Origin: Escherichia coli O127:H6 str. E2348/69
Lineage (GTDB): Bacteria; Pseudomonadota; Gammaproteobacteria; Enterobacterales; Enterobacteriaceae
DNA length: 64,000 nucleotides
Assembly (NCBI RefSeq): GCF_000026545.1
Contig: NC_011601.1
Strand: one strand, 5' to 3'
Part shown: positions 31,197 to 44,823 of the stretch, in pieces
Layout: the number at the start of each line of letters is the position of its first letter
How positions within the stretch are numbered: position 1 is the stretch's first letter
Position numbers and translations under genes: made by a program
The notes under the pieces: model-generated
Database searches by the model: none
Told to the model about the DNA's origin: nothing
Seen by the model: the letters and a program-made list of their open reading frames with translations, nothing else

Positions 31197-31943
31197 TTAA
31201 TACTCTCTTAGCTATACAGTGTTTCAGTTCAATTACGCACTATCATTGAAACAATTGCCTGCTGTTGATTATTTCAACCTACTGAATTTAATCTGATTTT
31301 TTTCGTTCCATGGCAAATTAGCCATTTCAAACATTATCATGGCTGATATTTTCCGTGGTCAGGTTTAATGTTTTAAAAGTGCTGTGGGAAAGTGAACAAA
31401 GAGTTCCGTAAGCGTTGATGCTATGGGCGGTTAAATAAGCAATCCGGGTTCATTTTTTTGCAACTGGCGTTGATTACATTGCATAAATATCCGTGTCTCC
31501 AGACGCTATATAAAAACCTGAAGACATGAATGAGTTATTTAATCAGGTAATTTTAATGCGTTAAAAGAAAGCTGGCAATCCAATTGCCAGCCTAAGTCGA
31601 AACAAGGAGACTCGATATTTAAATCGGATTACATTTTAACTTTAGTAATATTCTTCAGAGATCACAAACTGGTTATTGATAACTTATTCTTGGGCAGCAA
31701 TCCGCAAAAGTTAACCTTTTGTTTACTAGTTACAAATTGATAACAACCAGGAATCTTACTTAGGACCAATATATGGAGTGCGTGATGGATAAATCTGAAG
31801 TATTGATTAGTGTTAATAGACGTATTAGTTCACGAAGGGCAAAGTTCTTATAGGCGTTTACTATATTGAACAACGATTCGGACAAGGATGTAAATAATGG
31901 AAAGGATGACATGTTCGAAACGATAACGGCTAAGGAGCAAGTT

Positions 31944-32471
31944 ATGATTTTTCTCATGACGAAAGATTCTTTTCTTTTACAGGGCTTTTGGCAGTTGAAA
32001 GATAATCACGAAATGATAAAAATCAATTCCCTGTCAGAGATCAAAAAAGTAGGCAATAAACCCTTCAAGGTGATCATTGACACCTATCACAACCATATCC
32101 TTGATGAAGAAGCGATTAAATTCCTGGAGAAATTAGATGCCGAGAGAATTATTGTTTTGGCACCTTATCACATCAGTAAACTAAAAGCTAAAGCGCCTAT
32201 TTATTTTGTCAGCCGTAAAGAAAGTATCAAAAATCTTCTTGAGATTACTTATGGTAAACACTTGCCCCATAAGAATTCACAACTATGTTTTTCACATAAT
32301 CAGTTCAAAATTATGCAACTGATTCTGAAAAACAAAAATGAAAGCAATATCACGTCAACGCTCAACATTTCGCAACAAACATTAAAGATTCAGAAATTCA
32401 ACATTATGTACAAGCTGAAATTAAGACGTATGAGCGACATCGTCACCCTGGGTATCACATCTTATTTTTAG
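31944..32471 (+). CDS. gadE: LuxR-family acid-resistance master regulator GadE
   Basis: 175 aa from MIFLMTKDSFLLQGFWQLKD with an aaggag SD; the ORF track starts 26 codons upstream. Confidence 0.92.
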   Translation: MIFLMTKDSFLLQGFWQLKDNHEMIKINSLSEIKKVGNKPFKVIIDTYHNHILDEEAIKFLEKLDAERIIVLAPYHISKLKAKAPIYFVSRKESIKNLLEITYGKHLPHKNSQLCFSHNQFKIMQLILKNKNESNITSTLNISQQTLKIQKFNIMYKLKLRRMSDIVTLGITSYF

Positions 32472-32809
32472 TAAGGACATAAGCAACTGAAATTGATGGC
32501 TGGCATGACGAGGGATGCAGATGCTGATTTCAATACCCCCGGTGATTATTGAAGGAGAGACGAAAACGACTTTATTCCCCTGGTATGTGTATCCACCAGT
32601 AGAACCCTTCGTTGCCCGAATGCTGGCAGAAACTGTTGGCAGAACGGCAACATTTTTTTTGTCGTTGACCTCACCATGTCGATCACTGTGCTTGCATCCC
32701 ATCTTACTGGCTGACAACCCCACTATGCCGCTGGTCTGTAAATCCCTCATATCTCTCCTCGCGCGCAATTTAAAGAACCGTTATTTCTCAAGAATTTTCA
32801 GGGACTAAA

Positions 32810-33967
32810 ATGAACAGAAGAAGAAAACTGTTAATACCGTTGTTATTCTGCGGCGCGATGCTCACCGCCTGCGATGACAAATCGGCGGAAAACGCCGCCG
32901 CCATGACGCCTGAGGTCGGTGTCGTCACACTCTCCCCCGGTTCGGTCAATGTGTTGAGCGAATTGCCCGGTAGAACCGTTCCTTATGAAGTTGCCGAGAT
33001 ACGTCCCCAGGTGGGCGGTATTATCATTAAACGCAACTTTATCGAAGGCGATAAAGTGAACCAGGGCGATTCGCTGTATCAGATTGATCCTGCGCCTTTA
33101 CAGGCAGAGCTGAACTCCGCCAAAGGCTCGCTGGCGAAAGCGCTCTCTACCGCCAGCAATGCCCGCATCACCTTTAACCGCCAGGCATCGTTGCTGAAGA
33201 CCAACTATGTTAGCCGTCAGGATTACGACACCGCGCGCACCCAGTTGAATGAAGCAGAAGCCAATGTCACCGTCGCCAAAGCGGCTGTTGAACAGGCGAC
33301 GATCAATCTGCAATACGCGAATGTCACCTCGCCGATTACGGGCGTCAGCGGGAAATCGTCGGTGACCGTCGGCGCACTCGTTACCGCTAATCAGGCAGAT
33401 TCGCTGGTTACCGTACAACGTCTGGACCCGATTTATGTCGATCTCACGCAGTCGGTGCAGGATTTCTTGCGCATGAAAGAAGAGGTCGCCAGTGGGCAAA
33501 TCAAACAGGTTCAGGGCAGTACGCCAGTACAGCTCAATCTGGAAAATGGTAAACGTTACGGCCAGACCGGCACGCTGAAATTCTCCGACCCGACGGTGGA
33601 TGAAACCACGGGCTCCGTGACGTTACGGGCGATTTTCCCCAACCCAAATGGTGACTTGCTGCCTGGCATGTATGTCACGGCATTAGTGGATGAAGGTAGC
33701 CGCCAGAATGTATTACTGGTGCCGCAGGAAGGCGTCACCCACAACGCCCAGGGTAAAGCAACGGCACTCATTCTGGATAAAGACGATGTCGTGCAGCTAC
33801 GCGAAATCGAAGCCAGCAAAGCCATCGGCGACCAGTGGGTTGTCACCTCTGGCTTGCAGGCTGGCGATCGGGTGATCGTTTCCGGTTTGCAACGCATTCG
33901 TCCGGGTATCAAAGCACGTGCAATTTCCTCCAGCCAGGAAAACGCCAGCACCGAATCGAAACAATAA
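32810..33967 (+). CDS. mdtE: Multidrug efflux membrane fusion protein MdtE
   Basis: 385-aa ORF with lipoprotein signal (LTAC) and HlyD/AcrA-family domains. Confidence 0.95.
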   Translation: MNRRRKLLIPLLFCGAMLTACDDKSAENAAAMTPEVGVVTLSPGSVNVLSELPGRTVPYEVAEIRPQVGGIIIKRNFIEGDKVNQGDSLYQIDPAPLQAELNSAKGSLAKALSTASNARITFNRQASLLKTNYVSRQDYDTARTQLNEAEANVTVAKAAVEQATINLQYANVTSPITGVSGKSSVTVGALVTANQADSLVTVQRLDPIYVDLTQSVQDFLRMKEEVASGQIKQVQGSTPVQLNLENGKRYGQTGTLKFSDPTVDETTGSVTLRAIFPNPNGDLLPGMYVTALVDEGSRQNVLLVPQEGVTHNAQGKATALILDKDDVVQLREIEASKAIGDQWVVTSGLQAGDRVIVSGLQRIRPGIKARAISSSQENASTESKQ

Positions 33968-33991
33968 CGTTGCAGGCTTAAGGGGACTTTC

Positions 33992-36900
33992 ATGGCTAAC
34001 TATTTTATTGATCGCCCGGTTTTTGCCTGGGTACTTGCCATTATTATGATGCTTGCAGGCGGTCTGGCGATCATGAACTTACCGGTTGCGCAGTATCCGC
34101 AGATTGCGCCACCGACCATTACCATCAGCGCAACCTATCCGGGTGCCGATGCGCAAACGGTAGAAGACTCGGTCACTCAGGTGATTGAGCAAAATATGAA
34201 TGGGCTTGATGGCCTGATGTACATGTCTTCAACCAGCGATGCGGCAGGTAATGCCTCCATCACTCTGACCTTCGAGACGGGGACATCGCCTGATATCGCA
34301 CAGGTTCAGGTGCAAAATAAACTGCAACTCGCTATGCCTTCATTACCTGAAGCGGTGCAGCAGCAGGGGATTAGCGTCGATAAGTCGAGCAGTAATATCC
34401 TGATGGTAGCGGCATTTATTTCTGATAACGGCAGCCTCAACCAGTACGATATCGCGGACTATGTAGCGTCTAATATCAAAGACCCGCTAAGCCGTACCGC
34501 GGGCGTTGGTAGCGTACAGCTCTTTGGTTCCGAGTACGCCATGCGTATCTGGCTGGACCCGCAAAAACTCAATAAATATAACCTGGTACCTTCCGATGTT
34601 ATTTCCCAGATTAAGGTGCAAAACAACCAGATTTCCGGTGGTCAACTGGGTGGCATGCCACAGGCGGCAGACCAGCAACTGAACGCCTCGATCATTGTGC
34701 AGACGCGTCTGCAAACGCCGGAAGAATTTGGCAAAATCCTGTTGAAAGTTCAGCAAGATGGTTCGCAAGTGCTGCTGCGTGATGTCGCCCGCGTCGAACT
34801 TGGGGCGGAAGATTATTCCACCGTGGCGCGCTATAACGGCAAACCTGCTGCCGGGATCGCCATCAAACTGGCTACCGGAGCAAACGCCCTGGATACCTCG
34901 CGAGCGGTGAAAGAGGAGCTGAACCGTTTATCGGCTTATTTCCCTGCAAGCCTGAAGACGGTTTATCCTTACGACACCACACCGTTTATCAAAATTTCTA
35001 TTCAGGAAGTTTTCAAAACGCTGGTTGAGGCTATCATCCTCGTCTTCCTGGTCATGTATCTGTTTTTGCAGAATTTCCGCGCCACAATCATCCCGACGAT
35101 TGCCGTACCGGTGGTTATTCTCGGGACGTTTGCGATCTTGTCGGCGGTCGGTTTCACCATCAACACGTTAACTATGTTCGGGATGGTGCTGGCGATAGGG
35201 TTACTGGTGGATGACGCCATCGTGGTGGTGGAGAACGTCGAGCGTGTCATTGCGGAAGATAAGCTACCGCCGAAGGAAGCGACGCATAAATCGATGGGGC
35301 AGATCCAACGTGCGCTGGTCGGGATTGCCGTTGTTCTTTCCGCAGTGTTTATGCCGATGGCCTTTATGAGCGGTGCGACCGGGGAGATCTACCGCCAGTT
35401 CTCCATCACGCTGATCTCCTCCATGCTGCTTTCAGTATTTGTAGCAATGAGCCTGACCCCTGCCCTGTGCGCCACCATTCTGAAAGCCGCGCCGGAGGGC
35501 GGTCACAAACCTAACGCCCTGTTCGCACGCTTCAACACGCTGTTTGAAAAATCAACTCAGCACTATACCGACAGCACCCGCTCGCTGTTGCGTTGTACCG
35601 GTCGCTACATGGTGGTCTACCTGCTGATTTGCGCCGGGATGGCGGTGCTGTTCCTGCGTACGCCGACCTCTTTCTTACCAGAAGAGGATCAGGGGGTATT
35701 TATGACCACCGCGCAGTTACCTTCCGGTGCAACCATGGTTAACACCACGAAAGTGCTACAACAGGTGACGGATTATTATCTGACAAAAGAGAAAAATAAT
35801 GTTCAGTCGGTGTTTACCGTTGGTGGCTTTGGCTTCAGTGGTCAGGGGCAAAACAACGGTCTGGCGTTTATCAGCCTCAAGCCGTGGTCTGAACGTGTCG
35901 GCGAGGAAAACTCGGTTACCGCGATTATTCAGCGGGCAATGATTGCGCTAAGCAGTATCAATAAAGCCGTCGTCTTCCCGTTCAACTTACCCGCGGTGGC
36001 TGAACTGGGTACCGCGTCAGGTTTTGATATGGAACTGCTGGACAACGGCAATCTGGGGCACGAAAAGCTGACCCAGGCGCGAAACGAGCTGTTATCACTG
36101 GCAGCGCAATCACCGAATCAGGTCATCGGGGTACGCCCGAACGGCCTGGAAGATACGCCGATGTTCAAAGTGAACGTCAACGCTGCGAAAGCCGAGGCTA
36201 TGGGTGTGGCGCTGTCTGATATCAACCAGACAATTTCCACCGCCTTCGGCAGCAGCTACGTGAACGACTTCCTCAACCAGGGGCGGGTGAAAAAAGTGTA
36301 TGTCCAGGCAGGCACGCCGTTCCGTATGTTGCCGGATAACATCAACCAATGGTATGTACGCAACGCCTCTGGCACGATGGCACCGCTTTCTGCCTATTCG
36401 TCTACCGAATGGACCTATGGTTCACCGCGACTGGAACGCTACAACGGCATCCCGTCAATGGAGATTTTAGGTGAAGCGGCTGCCGGGAAAAGTACCGGTG
36501 ACGCCATGAAATTTATGGCAGACCTGGTCGCAAAACTTCCGGCAGGCGTCGGCTACTCATGGACCGGGCTGTCGTATCAGGAAGCGTTATCCTCAAACCA
36601 GGCTCCCGCGCTATATGCCATTTCACTGGTCGTGGTGTTCCTCGCCCTCGCCGCACTTTATGAAAGCTGGTCAATTCCGTTCTCGGTGATGTTGGTTGTT
36701 CCGTTAGGCGTCGTTGGCGCATTACTGGCCACCGATCTGCGCGGCTTAAGTAATGACGTTTACTTCCAGGTTGGTTTGCTGACCACCATCGGGCTTTCCG
36801 CCAAGAACGCCATCCTGATTGTCGAATTTGCCGTTGAGATGATGCAGAAAGAAGGGAAAACGCCGGTAGAGGCAATCATCGAAGCAGCGCGTATGCGTTT

Positions 36901-37105
36901 ACGCCCAATCCTGATGACTTCTCTGGCCTTTATTCTCGGCGTGCTGCCGCTGGTTATCAGTCATGGTGCCGGCTCTGGCGCGCAAAACGCGGTAGGTACC
37001 GGCGTAATGGGCGGGATGTTTGCCGCAACAGTGCTGGCAATTTACTTCGTTCCGGTCTTTTTCGTTGTAGTGGAACATCTCTTTGCCCGCTTTAAAAAAG
37101 CGTAA
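33992..37105 (+). CDS. mdtF: RND multidrug efflux transporter MdtF
   Basis: 1037-aa AcrB-family 12-TM ORF. Confidence 0.96.
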   Translation: MANYFIDRPVFAWVLAIIMMLAGGLAIMNLPVAQYPQIAPPTITISATYPGADAQTVEDSVTQVIEQNMNGLDGLMYMSSTSDAAGNASITLTFETGTSPDIAQVQVQNKLQLAMPSLPEAVQQQGISVDKSSSNILMVAAFISDNGSLNQYDIADYVASNIKDPLSRTAGVGSVQLFGSEYAMRIWLDPQKLNKYNLVPSDVISQIKVQNNQISGGQLGGMPQAADQQLNASIIVQTRLQTPEEFGKILLKVQQDGSQVLLRDVARVELGAEDYSTVARYNGKPAAGIAIKLATGANALDTSRAVKEELNRLSAYFPASLKTVYPYDTTPFIKISIQEVFKTLVEAIILVFLVMYLFLQNFRATIIPTIAVPVVILGTFAILSAVGFTINTLTMFGMVLAIGLLVDDAIVVVENVERVIAEDKLPPKEATHKSMGQIQRALVGIAVVLSAVFMPMAFMSGATGEIYRQFSITLISSMLLSVFVAMSLTPALCATILKAAPEGGHKPNALFARFNTLFEKSTQHYTDSTRSLLRCTGRYMVVYLLICAGMAVLFLRTPTSFLPEEDQGVFMTTAQLPSGATMVNTTKVLQQVTDYYLTKEKNNVQSVFTVGGFGFSGQGQNNGLAFISLKPWSERVGEENSVTAIIQRAMIALSSINKAVVFPFNLPAVAELGTASGFDMELLDNGNLGHEKLTQARNELLSLAAQSPNQVIGVRPNGLEDTPMFKVNVNAAKAEAMGVALSDINQTISTAFGSSYVNDFLNQGRVKKVYVQAGTPFRMLPDNINQWYVRNASGTMAPLSAYSSTEWTYGSPRLERYNGIPSMEILGEAAAGKSTGDAMKFMADLVAKLPAGVGYSWTGLSYQEALSSNQAPALYAISLVVVFLALAALYESWSIPFSVMLVVPLGVVGALLATDLRGLSNDVYFQVGLLTTIGLSAKNAILIVEFAVEMMQKEGKTPVEAIIEAARMRLRPILMTSLAFILGVLPLVISHGAGSGAQNAVGTGVMGGMFAATVLAIYFVPVFFVVVEHLFARFKKA

Positions 37106-37467
37106 CGTGTAAATGAGAGTAAGGTTGAACGTGAAGGTTCAGCCTTACTCTTTCCTGCTAACCATTCACCACTCAACAACCAGCTAACCGTCAGGAATAC
37201 CAGGCTTAGTACACAGCACTGAAAGTAGAAACCACTCCAGCCATTCGTCATCAATTTGAACAGCACAATACTGACCCACATTCCCGTAATCGTATGAATT
37301 GTTAGCTTAATAATCCCAAACATGCCGAGTCTTTTCCTCCTGAAAATACCTATACCGCCTGGCAAACTGCGAAAGAGAACTAGCCGGTAGCTCGTCAGAA
37401 ATCATCAGGAAAGAGTTTCACATGAAGCAGACGTGAGATCCTGACCAATATTCAAATGCGAAATATG

Positions 37468-38196
37468 TCAGGAAAAGGTACCCGGCGAATGTTGCGAAAA
37501 CTGATGTGGCGTTACACCATAATATTGTCTAAATGTATTTATAAAGTATGACGTACTGCTATAGCCACATTTTTCCGCAATAGTATGCAGAGGTATTTGA
37601 CGTAACTCGAGTAATCGTCTGGCCATCGACATCCTGGAGGCGAGTAATATTTTACTGAAACAGGTATTTTCATCCTGCAACTTTTTTTTGATGAGACTCT
37701 CGCTGGTGTACATTCTTTCTGCGATATCGCGTAGATACCAACGTTTAGCGATATCAAAGCTAATAAGGCGTTCAACTTTTCCTGAAACAGTACTGATACT
37801 ATTGAAAAGTAAGGGGATCAGTTCTTTCTTATGAGAAAACATTGATAAACAGGAAAGGTAGAGCATTTTGCTCAGTATCGGCGAATTGACCCGGGGGTCA
37901 TTGAAACTATCAAAAATCGCCGTCACCAGCTGAATGGGGGGTGACTGGTTAATTAACAAACGGTCTTTGCTATGCAATCCTAAATTGCGTGGCAACTGAC
38001 GAATATTTTGTAAGTAATGGCAAACTGTCAGCTCTTCGATATCCAGCCGTCGCGTATCCAGTGAACAAAACGCAAAATCGTCTGCCAAATTTTTATCCAG
38101 CAGCAGGATACTCTCGTTATGCAACGATATTTTTTGCTGTTCATGATGAATATCGAATGAACGACGAACGAGGATCACCGAGCAGACATGAGTCAT
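37468..38196 (-). CDS. gadW: AraC-family regulator GadW
   Basis: 242-aa ORF with a C-terminal AraC-type HTH. Confidence 0.92.
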   Translation of the reverse strand: MTHVCSVILVRRSFDIHHEQQKISLHNESILLLDKNLADDFAFCSLDTRRLDIEELTVCHYLQNIRQLPRNLGLHSKDRLLINQSPPIQLVTAIFDSFNDPRVNSPILSKMLYLSCLSMFSHKKELIPLLFNSISTVSGKVERLISFDIAKRWYLRDIAERMYTSESLIKKKLQDENTCFSKILLASRMSMARRLLELRQIPLHTIAEKCGYSSTSYFINTFRQYYGVTPHQFSQHSPGTFS

Positions 38197-38442
38197 GACT
38201 ATTCCTTATATTTCATTACTGCGATTATTTCAATGTCAGTATACTAATGAAATGACGCCAGACTGTTTCTGTGTGCAAAAACTGCCATATTTGGTAGGAC
38301 CAAATTTTATCCACAAAGTAGTTTTGCATAACAGTTAATTGATAATAAGTAAATGCAACACGATTATATTTTCACACAGCGTATAGCTTATGTTTATAAA
38401 AAAATGGCTGATCTTATTTCCAGTAAAAGTTATATTTAACTT

Positions 38443-38548
38443 ACTGAGAGCACAAAGTTTCCCGTGCCAACAGGGAGTGTTATAACGGTTTATTAGTCTG
38501 GAGACGGCAGACTATCCTCTTCCCGGTCCCCTATGCCGGGTTTTTTTT
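38443..38548 (+). ncRNA. gadY: GadY small RNA (overlaps the gadX 3' UTR on the opposite strand)
   Basis: actgagagcacaaagtttcccgtgccaacagggag...ccggtcccctatgccgggtttttttt matches my recollection of GadY and ends in an intrinsic terminator. Confidence 0.75.
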
Positions 38549-38564
38549 ATGTCTGAGTAAAACT

Positions 38565-39389
38565 CTATAATCTTATTCCTTCCGCAGAACGGTCAGTGCC
38601 GTAAAAATTCCCTTGCGCAGCCATACTTGCCGCCGGGCCACAGTTCGGTAATTCCTGCGCCGATCGCTCCTGATACTCTGTGGGCGTCATCCCATAATAA
38701 TTTCGAAAAACGTAAATGAAATACGACACGCTGTGATATCCACAGGATACTGCAACTCGCTTAATTGAAACCCCATATATAACAATAAGTTGTAAAGCAC
38801 GCTGCATCCTACACTCAGTAAGCAACTGTGAATATGACGTACCTTCTTCGCGCAATTTTTTCTTTAACAGGCTTGGACTCATCAACAATTCGCTAGCGAT
38901 TCGGGCTAATGTCCACTCATGGGCGATATTATTATTGATGACCGTACAAACTCGTGTTCGCATATTCGGTTGCAACACGTTCAGAAGTAACGGTATAAAT
39001 TGCGTATCCTCAAGAAAAACAGATAACAACGCAAAGATTAATGCCCTTTTACGTAGCATTTCTGCATAGCGAAGATTCTTATTCTGCGATAGTTGCGCAA
39101 CTTCCTGAAAAACAGGAATATCTCTGGTACAGTGATGAACGAGTAATGAAGGAACTTTTTTATGTGCATGAAGTTTTAATGCCTCCTCCTTGAGCATCGG
39201 GAGAAATAATGAAAGCGTGTCTCTTGAAACTAATACGAAATTCTCAACACACTTATCCACTTGAATTTGGCTTGCATCCGCAAAAACCAGATCACCGCCA
39301 TTAAAATAGCGATATTCACCATTAACCATGGTGAGAATATATTTATGTCTTGCGTACGCAATTAGACAATTACCATGTAGTGGTTGCAT
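38565..39389 (-). CDS. gadX: AraC-family regulator GadX
   Basis: 274-aa ORF MQPLHGNCLIAYARHKYILTMVNGEYRYFNGGDLVFADASQ... Confidence 0.93.
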   Translation of the reverse strand: MQPLHGNCLIAYARHKYILTMVNGEYRYFNGGDLVFADASQIQVDKCVENFVLVSRDTLSLFLPMLKEEALKLHAHKKVPSLLVHHCTRDIPVFQEVAQLSQNKNLRYAEMLRKRALIFALLSVFLEDTQFIPLLLNVLQPNMRTRVCTVINNNIAHEWTLARIASELLMSPSLLKKKLREEGTSYSQLLTECRMQRALQLIVIYGVSIKRVAVSCGYHSVSYFIYVFRNYYGMTPTEYQERSAQELPNCGPAASMAAQGNFYGTDRSAEGIRL

Positions 39390-39756
39390 AGTTGACTTAA
39401 TATTACATAAACATATTACTGTTTATTAATGTAGCACGCCGCCCTCTTAAGTCAAATTGATTGATAAATAAATTTAAACGAAGCGGGAAAACAGGATGAT
39501 AATGAGCGATGATACTCGGGCTGGATGACTGGATTTATTATATAAAAAGGGGACTTAAGAACGAAGAGGAATTAATAGTAAGCAAATAATTCATCATCGT
39601 AATATTAAGCAGTATCGCTATGCTCCATAACATTCATATAACATATATCTTATCAACACGATGAATAGACAGGTAATATATTATTGCAATTAATAAGTAG
39701 CCGAATACCCACCTGTTTTTAAAGGTTGGGCATTCGGTTTTTACAACGTGATGTTA

Positions 39757-41157
39757 TCAGGTGTGTTTAAAGCTGTTCTGCTGGGCAATACCCTGCAGTT
39801 TCGGGTGGTCGCTGAGATATTTCAGGGAGGCTTTGTAGTCTTCCAGCAACAGTTCAGCAAAGTCCATTTCGAAGCCGCGACGACACATAATGCGCATCAC
39901 CACGATGTCGGTGGCTTCACCGCCGAGAGTGAAAGCCGGAACCTGCCAGCCGCGCAGACGCAGACGTTCAGAGAGGTCGTACAGGGTGTATCCCGGATCT
40001 TCACCATCTTTCAGTTTGAAGCAAACCGCCGGGATGCCTTCGTCCGGGCGACCGGTACAGATGAACTCATACGGCCCCAGTTTGGCGATTTCATCCGCCA
40101 GATAAGCGGCAACCTGGTAGGAAGCGTTCTGTACTTTGGTATAGCCTTCACGACCGAGGCGCAGGAATTCATAGTACTGTGCAATCACCTGACCCGCCGG
40201 GCGGGAGAAGTTGATGGCGAAAGTACCAATCTGACCGCCGAGGTAGTCAACGTTGAACACCAGTTCCTGCGGCAGCGCTTCTTCATCACGCCAGATAACC
40301 CAGCCGCAGCCCAGCGGAGCCAGACCGAATTTATGGCCTGAAGCACTGATCGATTTCACACGCGGCAGGCGGAAGTCCCAGACGATATCCGGGGCGACGA
40401 ACGGTGCCAGGAAGCCACCGCTGGCGGCGTCGATGTGCATGTCGATGTCGATACCGGTGTCGGCCTGGAATTTATCCAGCGCATCGTGCAGCGGCTGCGG
40501 GAACTCATAGTTACCGGTGTAGGTCACGCCGAAAGTCGGCACCACGCCGATGGTATTTTCGTCGCAGGCTTCAATCATGCGTTTCGGGTCCATAAACAAC
40601 TGACCGGGGCGCATAGGGATCTCACGCAACTCCACATCCCAGTAGCGGGCGAATTTATGCCAGCAGATTTGTACCGGACCGCACACCAGGTTTGGTTTAT
40701 CCGTTGGTTTGCCTGCGGCTTCCATACGCTTGCGCCAACGCCATTTCATCGCCATCCCGCCGAGCATACAGGCCTCGGAAGAACCAATGGTGTTGGTGCC
40801 AACGGCCTGACCATTTTTCGGTGCAGGCGCATGCCACAGATCGGCAACCATGTTTACGCAACGCAGGTCGATTGCAGCGGATTGCGGATATTCTTCTTTG
40901 TCGATCCAGTTTTTATTGATCGACAAATCCATCAATTTATGGACGTTTTCGTCGTCCCAGGTCTGGCAGAAAGTGGCCAGGTTCTGACGAGCGTTGCCAT
41001 CAAGATATAATTCATCATTGATAATCTGAAATGCAACATCATCGCGCATTTCGTGCAGCGGAAATCGTTTTGACTCCGCGATAGTAGAAATGGCCTTTGC
41101 GCCAAAACGTGAATCGAGTAGTTCTGAGCGGAAATCCGTTAACAGCTTCTGGTCCAT
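39757..41157 (-). CDS. gadA: Glutamate decarboxylase alpha
   Basis: 466 aa from [21 protein letters not shown] with the PLP-lysine region [19 protein letters not shown]; the ORF track starts 21 codons upstream. Assigned gadA rather than gadB from position next to gadX. Confidence 0.93.
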   Translation of the reverse strand: MDQKLLTDFRSELLDSRFGAKAISTIAESKRFPLHEMRDDVAFQIINDELYLDGNARQNLATFCQTWDDENVHKLMDLSINKNWIDKEEYPQSAAIDLRCVNMVADLWHAPAPKNGQAVGTNTIGSSEACMLGGMAMKWRWRKRMEAAGKPTDKPNLVCGPVQICWHKFARYWDVELREIPMRPGQLFMDPKRMIEACDENTIGVVPTFGVTYTGNYEFPQPLHDALDKFQADTGIDIDMHIDAASGGFLAPFVAPDIVWDFRLPRVKSISASGHKFGLAPLGCGWVIWRDEEALPQELVFNVDYLGGQIGTFAINFSRPAGQVIAQYYEFLRLGREGYTKVQNASYQVAAYLADEIAKLGPYEFICTGRPDEGIPAVCFKLKDGEDPGYTLYDLSERLRLRGWQVPAFTLGGEATDIVVMRIMCRRGFEMDFAELLLEDYKASLKYLSDHPKLQGIAQQNSFKHT

Positions 41158-41236
41158 TTCGAACTCCTTAAATTTATTTGAAGGCAATAAAAAAGTAGGA
41201 TTTATCCGCAATGGAAGCAAGGTATTACAGGATTAA

Positions 41237-41256
41237 TTTAAATAACAAAATCCTAA
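41237..41256 (-). promoter_or_regulatory. GAD box (GadE/GadX/GadW site) upstream of gadA
   Basis: Plus strand tttaaataacaaaatcctaa is the reverse complement of the consensus TTAGGATTTTGTTATTTAAA (20 of 20), about 80 bp upstream of the gadA ATG. Confidence 0.8.
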
Positions 41257-41331
41257 GCAGAAAAACGACTTTTTATAATATAAACATTTAATATGATAAT
41301 ATTAAAAACAGACTTTATTATCGTAATAAAA

Positions 41332-41359
41332 ATCGCCCAAACACTCCTGTTCGGGCGAT
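41332..41359 (-). terminator. Hairpin after yhjA
   Basis: atcgcccaaacactcctgttcgggcgat inverted repeat. Confidence 0.5.
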
Positions 41360-41367
41360 CAAATTAA

Positions 41368-42765
41368 TTATTGTTTATCCTGCATATACGGCGTGTAAAC
41401 CCCGTTCAGACTGTGCAGGAAAGCGACGATATCATCCACATCCTCCTGCGGCAGCTCTTTGCCTACCTGATAGCGCAGCATCAGTTTCACCGCCCCGTCC
41501 AGCGTCGGCACGTCACCGCGATGGAAGTACGGTGCCGTTAAAGCAACGTTACGTAAACCGGGTACTTTCTGACGCAATTTATCACGCTCTTCTTTAGTAA
41601 CATTCATACGACCAATATCCGCCGCCGTAATTTCACCAAAGTTAAAGTCTTTTTTCAGCCCCAACGGTTCAAAGGAACGTCCGCCGAGAATAATACCACC
41701 ATGACAAGTTGCACATTTATTATCTTTAAATAATTGATAGCCTTTTTTCTGTTGTGCCGTCAGAGCATTCTCATCTCCACGCAACCATTTATCAAATGGG
41801 GAATCCGGCGTAATTAATGTTTTCTCAAATTCAGCAATGGCATCAGTAATATTTTCGCCACTGAAACCTTGCGGATAGACTTCGAGGAACTGCGCTTTAA
41901 GCTGCGGATCTTTTTCCAGCTTAGCAATAATTTCGTCCCAGGATTTCGACGCCATTTCAATCGGGTTCAACGGCGGTCCACCAGCCTGATCCTGCAATGT
42001 TGCCGCACGACCATCCCAGAACTGCTCAACGTTAAATACTGAGTTAAATACCGTCGGCGCGTTAATCGGCCCAACTGCGCCACCAACACCAATCGATGTT
42101 TTTCTGCCATCGACGCCCCCCGCATTCAACGCATGGCAATGAGCGCATGAAATGGTGCTATCAGCCGATAAACGGGGATCGTGATACAGCGCAAAACCCA
42201 ACGCCACTTTTTGCGCATCGGTAGGCAGTTTTTGCGGGATGGGCTGCACCGGTTCATTGCGATGCTCCGGAGCAGTATCATTGCTGGCGTAATATTCCGC
42301 ACGCTGTTTTGCAATCCAGGCCAGTATTTCCGCCCGCTCTTCATCACTCACCTTACCCGCCCAGTGTAGCGCGGTATAACGCGTTGGCGGCATAGTTTCA
42401 TACTGCATCACCCATTCAATCTTATTCAGATCGCTTTGCGAAACGAGTTTATTAGCCAGCAGAGCCGCACGCACGGCCTCGAGGTTAAAAGATTTATATC
42501 CAAGCTTTATGTCGTAATCCATCAACTGTTTCGCGCCGGGAATATAATAATAGGCGGGTAATTCTGCCGAAGGTGTATGGCAATAGTCGCATCCTTTTTC
42601 ACGGAGAAAGCCTAAAACCTTATTATTTTCACTGACAGCAGATGCCTGAACATCGGCCTGTTTACTGCGTTTATTATCGTGGTACCACACATAACCAGAT
42701 AACCCTAAATAGCAAATCGCGACGCCAGCCAGGCCGATCGCGGTAATACGTGAGACCATTTTCAT
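41368..42765 (-). CDS. yhjA: Tri-heme cytochrome c peroxidase YhjA (Ccp)
   Basis: 465-aa ORF with three CxxCH heme motifs (CDYCH, CAHCH, CATCH). Confidence 0.92.
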   Translation of the reverse strand: MKMVSRITAIGLAGVAICYLGLSGYVWYHDNKRSKQADVQASAVSENNKVLGFLREKGCDYCHTPSAELPAYYYIPGAKQLMDYDIKLGYKSFNLEAVRAALLANKLVSQSDLNKIEWVMQYETMPPTRYTALHWAGKVSDEERAEILAWIAKQRAEYYASNDTAPEHRNEPVQPIPQKLPTDAQKVALGFALYHDPRLSADSTISCAHCHALNAGGVDGRKTSIGVGGAVGPINAPTVFNSVFNVEQFWDGRAATLQDQAGGPPLNPIEMASKSWDEIIAKLEKDPQLKAQFLEVYPQGFSGENITDAIAEFEKTLITPDSPFDKWLRGDENALTAQQKKGYQLFKDNKCATCHGGIILGGRSFEPLGLKKDFNFGEITAADIGRMNVTKEERDKLRQKVPGLRNVALTAPYFHRGDVPTLDGAVKLMLRYQVGKELPQEDVDDIVAFLHSLNGVYTPYMQDKQ

Positions 42766-42872
42766 TATTCTTCCCTCACGGTGGTGAGTTATTGTGACCC
42801 AGAAAATTTTCCAGAATGCTGCAAACGTCTCTGCGAGACAAAGCCATCATAAAAAACAGGGAGATATGCTTT

Positions 42873-42886
42873 TTGATAGGAATCAA
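42873..42886. promoter_or_regulatory. FNR-type box upstream of yhjA
   Basis: ttgataggaatcaa matches TTGAT-N4-ATCAA exactly, about 110 bp upstream of the yhjA start. Confidence 0.6.
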
Positions 42887-43139
42887 TCAATTACATGAAT
42901 ATAAACTATCAATAAGATAGCCAGTGCCTATTATCCAGCTCAGGAATGGCATATCATGATTGCGGCGAGAGCAGGATTGAATGTTCTGAAAATGAAAAAC
43001 AACACGAAATCCGTATTTTTATAAATTCCATTGATATTAGTGCGTTATATTTTTTGGCAGGTTAATAAACGTGATCCACCGCACGCTTTGTCGCCCACCA
43101 GGCGGAGCGAATGACTACCCTTAAAGAAAAGCCCGATAA

Positions 43140-44819
<1,680 letters not shown>

Positions 44820-44823
44820 TATT

